Origin: a virus
Taxonomy: Duplodnaviria > Caudoviricetes
Virus record (IMG/VR): IMGVR_UViG_3300040811_001959
DNA: 64,000 nucleotides
Strand: one strand, 5' to 3'
The notes below the pieces were generated by a model. It was not told the origin of the DNA and made no database searches. It worked only from the letters and a program-made list of their open reading frames with translations. A program made the position numbers and the translations under genes. This document shows positions 33,857 to 44,238 of the stretch, one piece after another (the stretch's first letter is position 1; each line of letters starts with the position of its first letter).

Positions 33857-34416
33857 TTACTGATTACATTTTCGCAAATTAAATTCATGTGTACAGTAAT
33901 TGCAACTGCATAAGATATTGCATGAGCTTTTTTAAAATAGTATTTATTGTCATCAGGTTTCGACCATACTTCTGATAGTATGGTACTCCAATTTTCATTC
34001 AATAGATATCTCTTTGCAGGTCTAATTATAGCAAGTACAGCAGCAAGTTGTTCTATGTTTTTAGGTTTAAGTTTTTTACAAATTTCTGAATGTCCTGATA
34101 AATGGAAAAGTAAATCAACAAATTCTTTGTGTTCTAATAATTCCCACAATGGTTCTTTTTCCATTAAACGAATTAAATGTTCTTCATCATTTACATCTTT
34201 GTAAATTGAAACATTTAGGAAATCTAATTTAAAATATCCTCTATCTTCTGCTTGTTTATAATCAATTGAAGCATAATTATTAATAGGATTATGCGGAATT
34301 TCTGTTACGTATATCCCAGTATTATGTTTTTTTGTGTCATCAATAGTTGCAATCCGATGTTCTATTTTTGAAAGAATATTATTCCTATCTGCAAAATCTA
34401 TATCAATATCAGGCAT
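33853..34416 (-). CDS. miniature DnaE-like (family C) polymerase core
   Basis: PDIDIDF, KHNTGIY, KLDFLNV, VLAIIRP, YFKKAHAISYA within 187 aa. Confidence 0.78.
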   Translation of the reverse strand: MPDIDIDFADRNNILSKIEHRIATIDDTKKHNTGIYVTEIPHNPINNYASIDYKQAEDRGYFKLDFLNVSIYKDVNDEEHLIRLMEKEPLWELLEHKEFVDLLFHLSGHSEICKKLKPKNIEQLAAVLAIIRPAKRYLLNENWSTILSEVWSKPDDNKYYFKKAHAISYAVAITVHMNLICENVISK

Positions 34417-34417
34417 G

Positions 34418-34774
34418 CTATTCTATGTATAAAATTATATTAGGATATAAAACCATTAAACTTATCCAAAGCCATAATGTATTAAAACTAACAAGCGTAG
34501 GCAACAGTTTTTTATTGCTTGCCCATATTAATGTTGCACTTGTAAATAGACTTAAAAAATATAATTGCCAAATTTGTATTTTCCATAATAGTCCAGGTAT
34601 AATAATAATAGCTTTTGTAAACCAACTTGCAGCTTCGATTATATTATAATTAGTCCAATACTTTTTTGTAAACCATAATTTATAACAATTTATTATTTCC
34701 TTCCACCCAGTAAAGGTGTAGAGTAAAATTGTAAATAATAACCAAATAATAATAATGATAATAACATTAGGCAT
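34418..34774 (-). CDS. integral membrane protein
   Basis: 3-4 hydrophobic helices. Confidence 0.65.
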   Translation of the reverse strand: MPNVIIIIIIWLLFTILLYTFTGWKEIINCYKLWFTKKYWTNYNIIEAASWFTKAIIIIPGLLWKIQIWQLYFLSLFTSATLIWASNKKLLPTLVSFNTLWLWISLMVLYPNIILYIE

Positions 34775-35264
34775 AATGTTTTTGTATTTTTTTTGCTTTT
34801 TTATTAGCCATTTTCCAAACTAGTGGGGATACACGATCTTTAAAAGTAATACCCTGTAAGTGATCATATTCGTGCAAAAATACTTTAACACTATAATCTT
34901 TTAAATGTGTTCTTTTCTTTTCTAAGTTTTCATCATAATACTCTACTAGGATTTCTTTTGGTCGTTTTACTTGTGCAAATACATTTGGAAAACTTAAACA
35001 GCCTTCTATGTCAATAACAATTTCTTTTGTGTGCTGAAGTACAACAGGGTTAATTAAAATCGAGTTATTCTCTTTACCGTCTCCCATAACAAACAATTGT
35101 GCATCTAAACCAATCTGATTCGCTGATAATCCAATTCCATTGTTACTTAACATAAATTCTACCATTTCATTTTTTAAGTCTACTGGATTAAAATCTACGT
35201 TATCGATATTAACCGAATTGACTTTTTTAGATAGAAATTCGTCTGGATAATATACAAGTTTCAT
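34767..35264 (-). CDS. def: peptide deformylase
   Basis: GIGLSANQIG, EGCLSFP, HEYDHLQG. Confidence 0.95.
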   Translation of the reverse strand: MKLVYYPDEFLSKKVNSVNIDNVDFNPVDLKNEMVEFMLSNNGIGLSANQIGLDAQLFVMGDGKENNSILINPVVLQHTKEIVIDIEGCLSFPNVFAQVKRPKEILVEYYDENLEKKRTHLKDYSVKVFLHEYDHLQGITFKDRVSPLVWKMANKKAKKIQKHYA

Positions 35265-35965
35265 AGTCTACTTTCTTTAATAATTTGTTTTGCTAATTCT
35301 AAATCTTTTGTTTGTCTTTTAAATTTTAGTGCCCAGTGTTCAGGATCAACAATATGATATATCATTTTTAATTGCTCTTCATTAAATTTATCAAGCATTT
35401 GTTTACCGCTGGTGCTATTTAAAACAATCCAAGGAGAAATTTTTCCATCTTTAATATGATATACAGCTCTGTTTGTACTAACTAAATTAAAATAATGATT
35501 CCATACTGCTGGCGGATTTTCTTCGGCCCATTCAGTCATTGTAAGTACACTACGTTCTAGCGCAGTAGTTACATCTTCTTTTTTAATAAGCTCAATTGCG
35601 TAACGTTCATATAATTCTTCTTTACACCATTGTTCTAACTTCACGCCACTTGTTACAACATAGTCTACATACTTTTCTGGATATAGTGGTTTGACATTGT
35701 TAAGGAAGCTACCAAATTTTACAAAACTGTTGTAGTATGGACTCTTGCAAAATTCTTCATACGTCTTATCTTTCTTAGAGCCCATACTACGTTTGTAAAA
35801 TTGATTAAATGCATAGAAGCCTAACTGTACCCTTTTCTCATCTCGCTGTAACGCTCTGCGTTTCTTTTCGCATAAATGTGCAAAAAGTGTTTTTTCTCGT
35901 GTGTATGATGTGTTACAGTATTCGCAGGTATACTTAGAGTTTGATGTCAAGCGCATGATCCTCAA
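35261..35965 (-). CDS. hypothetical protein with N-terminal C2H2/C2HC-like Zn finger
   Basis: CEYC...LFAHLC. Confidence 0.7.
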   Translation of the reverse strand: MRIMRLTSNSKYTCEYCNTSYTREKTLFAHLCEKKRRALQRDEKRVQLGFYAFNQFYKRSMGSKKDKTYEEFCKSPYYNSFVKFGSFLNNVKPLYPEKYVDYVVTSGVKLEQWCKEELYERYAIELIKKEDVTTALERSVLTMTEWAEENPPAVWNHYFNLVSTNRAVYHIKDGKISPWIVLNSTSGKQMLDKFNEEQLKMIYHIVDPEHWALKFKRQTKDLELAKQIIKESRL

Positions 35966-36386
35966 TTAGCTGTTTAATTTCATCCTCTGTAGACAATTGA
36001 GCTAGCAATTCAATTTCGTCTGCCTTTCTTTCAGGATAAATTTTTGTAAGTATTTTTTCAAACTTTCCGGTCACGTTTGTGACATTTGATTTTAATCCTT
36101 GCCATTTATGGAATTCTATTTTGCCTGTGTTTCCGCATAAGCATAATAACTGCCATTGTAGTTCCTGATGTGAACTAACAACCATATAGTTTTTGTTATA
36201 GTATTCGTTTGTTTTTAAGACAGCAAGTTCCTGTTTTTCTCTTTTTCCTGCAACACTTGAAGCATATCTATTCATTAACCAAAAGGATATACCTTTTTTA
36301 GATTCGTCATCTAATTCTTTCCAAACAGATTTTGCGCCCATATCAACTGCAGCAAGAATATCTTTTACTGGTAGTTTATTAGCCAT
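35934..36386 (-). CDS. possible clamp-loader small subunit (gp62-like)
   Basis: size, helical composition, FWLMNRYAS pattern and replication context; family call tentative. Confidence 0.4.
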   Translation of the reverse strand: MANKLPVKDILAAVDMGAKSVWKELDDESKKGISFWLMNRYASSVAGKREKQELAVLKTNEYYNKNYMVVSSHQELQWQLLCLCGNTGKIEFHKWQGLKSNVTNVTGKFEKILTKIYPERKADEIELLAQLSTEDEIKQLIEDHALDIKL

Positions 36387-36397
36387 AATATATATTA

Positions 36398-36904
36398 CTA
36401 TATAAGATTACAAAAATCAATGACTTCAGTTTGTCTCGATACATCCTTTACAAAAAAAGCACACAATGGATTATCATCGTTATTTAATGGAACAGATAAA
36501 AGTTGACCATTTTTCATTTTTGGAAAGTACCATTTTACATCATTGTAAAAATTTGTAATTTTTATTTCTCCATAATCTGCTTTAAAACTTTTTAATGGAT
36601 TGAACAAGAATGCATCAAAGCCTCTGTCGTTTAAACTCGTTAAAGGTAGTATTTCTAAATCTTTACCTGTATTACGATCACCCACAGCAATATGCCAATC
36701 AACTGGCATGATAATTTCATTTCCGTTGATATCCATAGCTATAGCAGGACTACTAAAAGATTCTAAAAAGATTAATGGAATAAAAAAGAAATCAGGATCC
36801 GACGGGTCACTGTTATCTAGTACACTAAATCTAAAATCTTCTTCGATTTCATCTGGTAAATTATTAAGATCATAAGTTTTGTTTTCTAATGTAAGTATTC
36901 TCAT
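36398..36904 (-). CDS. conserved hypothetical protein
   Basis: 168-aa ORF coupled to the helicase. Confidence 0.65.
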   Translation of the reverse strand: MRILTLENKTYDLNNLPDEIEEDFRFSVLDNSDPSDPDFFFIPLIFLESFSSPAIAMDINGNEIIMPVDWHIAVGDRNTGKDLEILPLTSLNDRGFDAFLFNPLKSFKADYGEIKITNFYNDVKWYFPKMKNGQLLSVPLNNDDNPLCAFFVKDVSRQTEVIDFCNLI

Positions 36905-38391
36905 TGCCAGTCAACCTTTTCTATTGTAAATGGATATTGAGCGTCTCTATAAAATTTTTTCCGCTCTGTTAAATGTCTTTTTGCAAATTTGCAAGTACTA
37001 GTAAAATCCCAAATCTGTACAAAGTCTTTGTCCTTAGCTTTACGAACTCCTCGTCCAATTGATTGTATTACCCGAACAAAACTTTTGCCAGGTTCAATTA
37101 AAACAAGATTAAAAATACGAGGAATATTGATCCCCACAGCAGCAACCCCGTAAGTTGCAACGATAACCATATTGTCTGCATCTTGAATTTCATCATAAGC
37201 TGATTTTCTGTCCTTTAATTTTACATCACCTTTTATAAAAATTGAATTTTCTATACGTTCATGCAAAAGTTCGCCCGCACTAATACGATCAATTAATATA
37301 AGTGTGTTACCAGATTCCTTAATCTTATTTAACATTTTAGCAATGTAGTTTACACGATTTTCTTCGGTTACAAGATATTTTAATTCGCTTTGATAGTCTC
37401 TGTGTGCAACTGTGTCTATTAGCTGTACAATGTTTACATGACAGTTAGACAGTACACCTTTGTCCTGCAATTCTTTAGCTGTAATCTGTCCAATAACAGG
37501 TCCTATACTTGCGTGTAGTGCTTCGAATTCAAAACGTTCTTTAGGCACTGTACCTGTTAGTCCCCAACGTATCGGAGCATTACGTAGGTTGCGTGTAAGC
37601 AAATTCTTCAAGACCTCGGCCTTTGCTTGATGCACTTCGTCAATTATTATTGTGCTTACACCGTCTAAGAACTCTGCAAGTGTCAATACTGCTGTACCGT
37701 CTTTACTTTTCTTATCTAGTATGTTGAGACTTTGCCAAGTGCATATGGTATGTGTTTTGGATAGGTCTTTCCTATCGCCAAAGTATACGCCGCAGTCCAG
37801 CCCGCAATTTCGGTAATCTTCTTCAGTTTGTTGCACAAGAGATTTGTTTGGAACAACGACAAGTGTTCGTCCATATTTTTCCGCTATGTGTGAGAGTGTT
37901 GCGGTGGTAATAGTTTTACCAGCGCCTGTTGCAATCTCCTGTAGAGACTGCGGATTCTTAACAAAATTATTTATAGCTTCTACTTGATAATCTCTTAATA
38001 CAATATCTTCACCTGCTGCAGGATGTCCTTCAGGCCATTTTACTCCTTGTTGTTTCCAATAGTCTTCTGTTATAGGTTGGAAGTCTAGTGTAACAGGATG
38101 CCTGCGATCTTCTATGTCAGAGATCTCTACATTATTGTTTTGCAATATCTCTACGATTGTATTGAGATGATTGACGTATCCTGTACCGCCTATACCAAAA
38201 AATGCTACCTTTCCATCCCATCTACCGAGTTTATACTGCGGCATGTAACGTGCATATGGTACTTCAAATTTAAGTGCATTTGCAAGTTTCCTACGTATCT
38301 CAACTGGAAGTCCTTCTAACTTAATATTGACTTCATCTTCGATAATTAATTTACATGATGTCATATTTCTGTTGTTTTTTGATGAATCCAA
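36901..38391 (-). CDS. uvsW: SF2 helicase, UvsW-like
   Basis: LRDYQ, ATGAGKT, IIIDEVH, GLTGT, ATYGVAAVGINIP, QSIGRGVR. Confidence 0.88.
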   Translation of the reverse strand: MDSSKNNRNMTSCKLIIEDEVNIKLEGLPVEIRRKLANALKFEVPYARYMPQYKLGRWDGKVAFFGIGGTGYVNHLNTIVEILQNNNVEISDIEDRRHPVTLDFQPITEDYWKQQGVKWPEGHPAAGEDIVLRDYQVEAINNFVKNPQSLQEIATGAGKTITTATLSHIAEKYGRTLVVVPNKSLVQQTEEDYRNCGLDCGVYFGDRKDLSKTHTICTWQSLNILDKKSKDGTAVLTLAEFLDGVSTIIIDEVHQAKAEVLKNLLTRNLRNAPIRWGLTGTVPKERFEFEALHASIGPVIGQITAKELQDKGVLSNCHVNIVQLIDTVAHRDYQSELKYLVTEENRVNYIAKMLNKIKESGNTLILIDRISAGELLHERIENSIFIKGDVKLKDRKSAYDEIQDADNMVIVATYGVAAVGINIPRIFNLVLIEPGKSFVRVIQSIGRGVRKAKDKDFVQIWDFTSTCKFAKRHLTERKKFYRDAQYPFTIEKVDWQ

Positions 38392-39569
38392 GTAGTAGGT
38401 TGAGTATCAAAGTGAATGACTAGTTCACATTTATTATAATATGTTGACACAAGTCTGCTATGTCTTATACTAGCTAAAAGTAATGTTGTGGTTGGCTGCC
38501 ATTTACTAATAAGTAAAGGCTTAGGAAGTTTTTCATTATTAATAATAATTACCTGTGTTGCTTCTGTAATTTTGTTATTTAATTTAAACTTTTTTACATT
38601 TTCGTTAAAGTCGATATTATTTCCAGATATGTTGTCTAGTCTAAACAGTACGCTTATGTCTTTTATATCTATGAATTTTTGTAAACTGTCTATCAAATCA
38701 ACTAGATCTTGATTTTCTTGTCCTTTAGATAAAATTACTAACAAAGGAAATCTTTTAAGTTCATTTATTACATTACACACATCAAAAAAAGTATGTATAA
38801 TTTTTGACATGAATATATTTTTATTTTCAAGTTTTGCAATTTTTTCTGCCAATGGCGTAAGCATCGAAAATGATCTATTTAATTCGTTACTATCAAATAA
38901 ATTTAATCCAAGAATATCTTTCCTGTCATAATATAATGCAAGATTTTTTACAGTAGGAACTCCTAAGATTTTTATTGCATATTCTTCAGCAATTTTTGAT
39001 GTATTGACAAATTTATAATTTACAATACCCGGTATAAAATCATTTTTAGACTCAATAAATTTTTGTATAATATTATAAAAATTTAGCAATTCTTCATCAA
39101 TTTCAAAATTACATTCTTTTAATCTATCTACAATTTCAAATACATTCTTCTCATTTAATTTTAAAAAATGAGTTTTCGATTTACTATCATAATCATTCCT
39201 ATCTTGCAAAGATTTTATAAAATTTATATGCTTTATCATTTTATTAGAGTAAGGAAATGTAATTCCTATCATTACTTTCTTTTCATTATCAAATAAAGTA
39301 AACGACTCTTTTTCAACCAAAAAAACTTTTTTAGATCTGTCTATTTCTCTATAGGGATGTCTTAAATTATCTAATCCGTCATTAATATCATAACCATTTT
39401 TTGAGAACTCTTTTTCATATTCTTTTACCTTCTTTTTTGCCAAGGAATGCTGTCTATCAGTTAAACCTATGTTTTTTTTAATTTGACTTGATAAACTAGT
39501 AATTAATTTTCTATCTCGTGTGTCAACATCTAATGTTGATAATATTTCAATATAATCTTCAATAGTCAT
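38361..39569 (-). CDS. hypothetical protein
   Basis: 402-aa ORF upstream of the helicase. Confidence 0.7.
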   Translation of the reverse strand: MTIEDYIEILSTLDVDTRDRKLITSLSSQIKKNIGLTDRQHSLAKKKVKEYEKEFSKNGYDINDGLDNLRHPYREIDRSKKVFLVEKESFTLFDNEKKVMIGITFPYSNKMIKHINFIKSLQDRNDYDSKSKTHFLKLNEKNVFEIVDRLKECNFEIDEELLNFYNIIQKFIESKNDFIPGIVNYKFVNTSKIAEEYAIKILGVPTVKNLALYYDRKDILGLNLFDSNELNRSFSMLTPLAEKIAKLENKNIFMSKIIHTFFDVCNVINELKRFPLLVILSKGQENQDLVDLIDSLQKFIDIKDISVLFRLDNISGNNIDFNENVKKFKLNNKITEATQVIIINNEKLPKPLLISKWQPTTTLLLASIRHSRLVSTYYNKCELVIHFDTQPTTWIHQKTTEI

Positions 39570-39597
39570 AAAAATCCTAACAAAATATTATTATATA

Positions 39598-40443
39598 TTA
39601 TTTGAAAGCTTTCGTCAATCTGTTTAATGGTTCGCCGGTACTAATTTCGTCTAAGGTCCATTCAGTATAGCTAAGATCATTTAACCACTGATATCTATCA
39701 GGTTTTGAAGGATTGTTAATTGTTGAAAAATTTTGATTACTTACTTCATATGCAAGGCTAGAAGAACTTGTAAAAATTGGGATTCCGTTCATTGCTGCCA
39801 GGATTGCAGGATTACTACTGTGATTTACAAGTGCTGTGTAATTTTCAAATATCAAATCATAATCATCATAAGTGTTGAATAATTTTTTTGGATACTGAAT
39901 TTTAACATTTTTAAAACCTGCTAAATCAATTCTTATAGGGTTACGAGGATGGGGACGTACTACTATCTCTTTATCAGTATGCATCCTTAAAGATTTAATT
40001 GTGTCATTAATATAATTCCTTCCATGATTAATATCTTTCCATTGTCCACTTTTTAGATGTTGGCATGCAATTAGTATAGGTCCGGTATTAGTTTTCCAAT
40101 CATGTAGTTTCAAATTTAATTTTTTTACACGTTGATCATTATTAAGTTTTTCTCCAAAATATGCATCTCTATTAACACCATTTACTGCAACTTTCCATGT
40201 AGTACCACGCCTAAAGCATCCTATCTCTAAGACAATAATTGGCTTATTTTTTTGTCTACATCTGTCCCAAATAAGTTTATTCTTCGTCATCCTTCCGGAC
40301 CAAAGTACACTCCATATAACTTCAATATCAGATTCCATATTTAAACATACAGAGTATCCAAGTTTTTTTACTCCTTGGGCAAATGCTTCAAATACAGGTT
40401 TAGAATTTAATGCTCCGTTTGCTGTCCAAAGTCCAAATTTCAT
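39598..40443 (-). CDS. capsule-biosynthesis-like (KpsC/KpsS-type) glycosyltransferase
   Basis: VVRPHP, VNHSSNPAILAAMNGIP, WLNDLSYTEW. Confidence 0.7.
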   Translation of the reverse strand: MKFGLWTANGALNSKPVFEAFAQGVKKLGYSVCLNMESDIEVIWSVLWSGRMTKNKLIWDRCRQKNKPIIVLEIGCFRRGTTWKVAVNGVNRDAYFGEKLNNDQRVKKLNLKLHDWKTNTGPILIACQHLKSGQWKDINHGRNYINDTIKSLRMHTDKEIVVRPHPRNPIRIDLAGFKNVKIQYPKKLFNTYDDYDLIFENYTALVNHSSNPAILAAMNGIPIFTSSSSLAYEVSNQNFSTINNPSKPDRYQWLNDLSYTEWTLDEISTGEPLNRLTKAFK

Positions 40444-40481
40444 TGTTAAATACCTTTATACTATTTAAGAAAGATTTGCCT

Positions 40482-41318
40482 ATGAAAAATATTTTAGCTG
40501 TTACAACTTTTAATAAAGAAGGTTTAGATTTGTATGGACAAAGATTCCTAAACTCTTTTGCAGAAAATGTAGACAAGGAAATACGATTGATTTGTTATGC
40601 AGAAAAATGCCAACCAGAAAATCCTAGCCCAAACAACATTTTAATTTTAGATCAGGAGGAAGCCCTGCCAGATTTAGTTAGATTTAAAAAGACATGGCAG
40701 GATGTTCCAATGGCAACTGGCACCTGTCCGTGGCCTCAACGGCGTCCGAGAGATCATCACAAAACTTTTAAATGGGATGCAATAAGATTTTCCAATAAAG
40801 TTTATGCAGTGTTTGATGCTTGTGAAAGAGCAGAAGATTGGTGCGTATGGATAGATGCAGACTCTTATGTTCATAGTCCGTGGTCATATGAAGAATTTAG
40901 TTCTATACTACCAGATAATGTTTGGTTAACATATGTAGGTAGAGGAAAAGCATCTGCGACATGGCCTGAATGTGGATTTTATGGTTTAAAAGTATCTGAT
41001 GCAAAATGTAGACAATTTGTTGCGAATTTTAAATACATGTATGAAAATGCCAACATAGGAATTTTTAAATTAGAAGAATGGCACGACAGTTATGTATTTG
41101 GTCATGTATTAGATAAATTTAAACAAATGTATCCAGACATGCACGATTACACTAAAGACATGATGTTAAAGCAGGCAAGTACAGGCGGAGGAGGTCATCC
41201 TCTAATTAATACTGTTCTTGGAAAATGGATTGATCATTTAAAAGGTGACAGAAAAAGATTACAAAAAAGTAAAAAGAATGACTTGACTGTACATCGAGCA
41301 GAAAAGTATTGGAACTAA
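40482..41318 (+). CDS. nucleotide-diphospho-sugar transferase (GT-A)
   Basis: RFSNKVYA, VWIDADS (DxD), ECGF. Confidence 0.8.
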   Translation: MKNILAVTTFNKEGLDLYGQRFLNSFAENVDKEIRLICYAEKCQPENPSPNNILILDQEEALPDLVRFKKTWQDVPMATGTCPWPQRRPRDHHKTFKWDAIRFSNKVYAVFDACERAEDWCVWIDADSYVHSPWSYEEFSSILPDNVWLTYVGRGKASATWPECGFYGLKVSDAKCRQFVANFKYMYENANIGIFKLEEWHDSYVFGHVLDKFKQMYPDMHDYTKDMMLKQASTGGGGHPLINTVLGKWIDHLKGDRKRLQKSKKNDLTVHRAEKYWN

Positions 41319-42040
41319 TCTGTTAATTTAAAGCGTTTTTCTAATATTTCATTATCAACTCCGTCTTTCGCTCCAGCTTTCATGTGATCAATGTATGGAG
41401 CTAAAACACTTTTTGGAATTGGAGTTTTAAGTTTATGTAGATTTAAGTTCAACATTTTATTACCTTTTGCTTCCAAAAGTTCTACGGTCTTACCATAGAC
41501 TTCACCGTCGTAAAATCTGCGTAGTCCGTGATACTTGTCATTTACATAAATGTCTCTATATGTATCAACAAATTCTTGGAAAGCTGGATGTTTTTTGTTA
41601 AGTATAAAAAATCCTGTTTCGCAACTATGGAAAATTTTTCCATCAACGTCATGCCACACTGAAAAATGTGTACTCAACACATCCTCTGGTGCAATTAGAT
41701 TTAAAAGTTGGTCTGGTATGTCTGTTTTTATAATTGTATCAGCATCAATCCAAATTAATCTATCGCAATCTATTTCTGCACAGCCTTTTATGATCGACCA
41801 TGCTTTTTTAGAAAATTGTTTAACTTTCTTATTTTGATGCCTAGCTTGGAAATCCCAATATTCTTTTGGCATATGCCATCCCATAGATACAATAGTTTTT
41901 ACCTTAACTTCAAAATCTCCTTCATTGTATACATGCATAGGAGTATGAGCTGACCAACCATGTTTATAACTTCTTAACATAGCTCTACCTACATGATCAT
42001 AGTAGGCTCTATTCATGCTTGTTACTGCTGCAAAATTCAT
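41315..42040 (-). CDS. nucleotide-diphospho-sugar transferase (GT-A)
   Basis: QFSKKAWS, LIWIDADT, ETGF. Confidence 0.8.
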   Translation of the reverse strand: MNFAAVTSMNRAYYDHVGRAMLRSYKHGWSAHTPMHVYNEGDFEVKVKTIVSMGWHMPKEYWDFQARHQNKKVKQFSKKAWSIIKGCAEIDCDRLIWIDADTIIKTDIPDQLLNLIAPEDVLSTHFSVWHDVDGKIFHSCETGFFILNKKHPAFQEFVDTYRDIYVNDKYHGLRRFYDGEVYGKTVELLEAKGNKMLNLNLHKLKTPIPKSVLAPYIDHMKAGAKDGVDNEILEKRFKLTD

Positions 42041-42951
42041 ATATATTCCTTAATTATATTCCATGCTATTCCGTTTTTTAAATCAGCAAAATTAAAATGA
42101 CACATTGCAATTTTTTCAATCCATTCCTGTCGGTCGGGCAAAAGCGGACTTTCAATAAATTTTAAATCTGTATTACATATATCAAATGCTTGACTATCTT
42201 GTGGTACCGGATCTGTTACAAATACAGGAATTCCCTCAATTGCACTAGCTACTCCAGGACTGCTATTATAAGTTATGCATGCCCACGCATTTTTTAAATC
42301 ATCTTGTAGTAATTCATTTTTACTTTTTTTTACTCTATATTTCCAAATTAATTGATCTAAATTAAACTTACGATCGCCTGGATGCCCTCTTACAATTATT
42401 GGCCGGGTGGTGTACGAACGTAAATTTTTAATAACCCAATCAAACCATTCTATAATAGGTTTTCCTTTCATTGACCAACCGCCATTTCTTTGTAAACAAA
42501 TTAATATATGTTCTCCTTGTAATCTCCAAGGTTGTAAATCTATATTATAATCTTTTTTAATTTGTTGCCATCTTTCTGGTAAAATTGTTTTAGTAAAATA
42601 ATTTCCTGTTGTAGGAAATACGTCATTTAAACTAAATCTTAAATAATTTGAGGAATTTGATTTATCTAAATATAAAAATAAATTACTATCTACTGTAAGG
42701 GTTTGTTTACCTATTTTTTTTTGAGAAGCAATAATTTCTTTTCTAAACATCAAATGTGGAGTTCTTCCTGAATCTTTATGTACCCATCCTTGTATGACCG
42801 CTAAGTCAGCTGGTTCCCACGATCTTGTACGAATTTCTTTACTTTGAGCATCTACACCAACTCCAATATGAAAATTTGTTAGAACCAAAGATTTTTCTTT
42901 TTTTGTGTTAGAAGAAGGAATACCCCCATAATAAACCCTAACTTGTTTCAT
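42037..42951 (-). CDS. capsule-biosynthesis-like glycosyltransferase
   Basis: IVRGHP, ITYNSSPGVASAIEGIP; paralogue of 39598-40443. Confidence 0.7.
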   Translation of the reverse strand: MKQVRVYYGGIPSSNTKKEKSLVLTNFHIGVGVDAQSKEIRTRSWEPADLAVIQGWVHKDSGRTPHLMFRKEIIASQKKIGKQTLTVDSNLFLYLDKSNSSNYLRFSLNDVFPTTGNYFTKTILPERWQQIKKDYNIDLQPWRLQGEHILICLQRNGGWSMKGKPIIEWFDWVIKNLRSYTTRPIIVRGHPGDRKFNLDQLIWKYRVKKSKNELLQDDLKNAWACITYNSSPGVASAIEGIPVFVTDPVPQDSQAFDICNTDLKFIESPLLPDRQEWIEKIAMCHFNFADLKNGIAWNIIKEYI

Positions 42952-43657
42952 AGTCTATTGTGTCTGTTCTTAAAAAATCTTTGCCAGTCATGTCCTTATA
43001 TTCATTACACCATTCGACTGAAAGATGCTGCATATAATATTTGTTAAACCAAGGTCCGCCTTCTGTATAATGTATAAGTTTAGGAGGTCCGTCATGATTA
43101 TAATAATGACCAACTAAGTAATTCCATTCATGATGTAGTGTGCCTATTTCAATGTCTTTTAGCCAACTAAACCTATGGAAGTATGCACCATCTTTTGTTT
43201 CGTCATTTACTAACTCTTTAGTCAAAATTTTATTACTAGGATGACCACAGTTAAATAACATTACACTAGACCAATTTTTTCTAGGATATCTAGACTGGGT
43301 TCTACCATCCATTTTCATTGTATGTGTTGGATGAAATTTGTGTTTAACAACCATTACAGCATATTGATCATCTGCTAATTCAAATAATTCTGTAATGTCT
43401 GATTGTAAAAGCATGTCGCAATCTATAAATAATGCCCAACCTTTGTGTTCCATTAACGCAGGTACAAGGAACCGTGTAAATGTAAATTCAGTAGAAGCTA
43501 ATTTATCTATAGGACGAGTGTACCAATTTTCTGCTTCAAGATCTTTTTTTATTAAAGGTTGTATGATTACATCTGGAGTTCTTTTTAAAATGCTATGCTT
43601 GCAAACTTGATAAGCAATGTCTTCTCTTGGATCGTAACCAATAAATATTTTTTTCAT
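42938..43657 (-). CDS. GT8-like glycosyltransferase
   Basis: IFIGYD, STEFTFTRF, FIDCDML, YPRKNWSS, HYTEGGPW. Confidence 0.85.
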   Translation of the reverse strand: MKKIFIGYDPREDIAYQVCKHSILKRTPDVIIQPLIKKDLEAENWYTRPIDKLASTEFTFTRFLVPALMEHKGWALFIDCDMLLQSDITELFELADDQYAVMVVKHKFHPTHTMKMDGRTQSRYPRKNWSSVMLFNCGHPSNKILTKELVNDETKDGAYFHRFSWLKDIEIGTLHHEWNYLVGHYYNHDGPPKLIHYTEGGPWFNKYYMQHLSVEWCNEYKDMTGKDFLRTDTIDYETS

Positions 43658-44199
43658 AAATTAAATTTTAATTCGCATGTATGATACTTATCGCACTTGT
43701 ATAGAGTTTTAAATATTTCTACCTCAGGAGGAAGCAATATTTTTACAAAATCGCTATTCTTATATTTTCTTATTCTTATGTCAAAAATATATTTTGTATC
43801 GTCATGGCTATGTTTTTTTATAAATTCGTAGTAAGTATTTAAAGGATAATGGAATCCGCAAGACATAAAGGAAGTAATCAAATCAAATTTTATTGAATCC
43901 TCTAAATCTAAATTATCAGCATCTACTAGATGGTACTCGGTATCTTTAAAAATTATTTTTTGTTTTTCAACAAGTTTTTCTTTTATCCAGTAATGGGCAA
44001 AATTTGCAGCATCTGCATTCCATTTTGCTTTTACGGGATTAATTTTTAAATTATTATTTCTTGCATCTCCTTCTATTATCCAAACTTTAGAACTAAATTT
44101 ATCAGCTAAAATTTTAGCTTTGTGTCCATTGCCTCCGCCGATATCGCATAGTTTGTTAAATTTAAAATTATTAAAATGATCGAGTACTTCTTCTAACAT
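43654..44199 (-). CDS. class I SAM-dependent methyltransferase
   Basis: LCDIGGGNG motif I; FDLITSFMSCGFHYP. Confidence 0.7.
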   Translation of the reverse strand: MLEEVLDHFNNFKFNKLCDIGGGNGHKAKILADKFSSKVWIIEGDARNNNLKINPVKAKWNADAANFAHYWIKEKLVEKQKIIFKDTEYHLVDADNLDLEDSIKFDLITSFMSCGFHYPLNTYYEFIKKHSHDDTKYIFDIRIRKYKNSDFVKILLPPEVEIFKTLYKCDKYHTCELKFNL

Positions 44200-44238
44200 G
44201 TGCTACCTTTCGTTATATGTGTATTTAATAAATATAGT

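Noticed and set aside
24642-34416. The two DnaE-like ORFs as halves of one split or intein/intron-interrupted gene
   Set aside because: They are 7.5 kb apart, both hold the same catalytic motifs, and no intein or intron signatures are seen.
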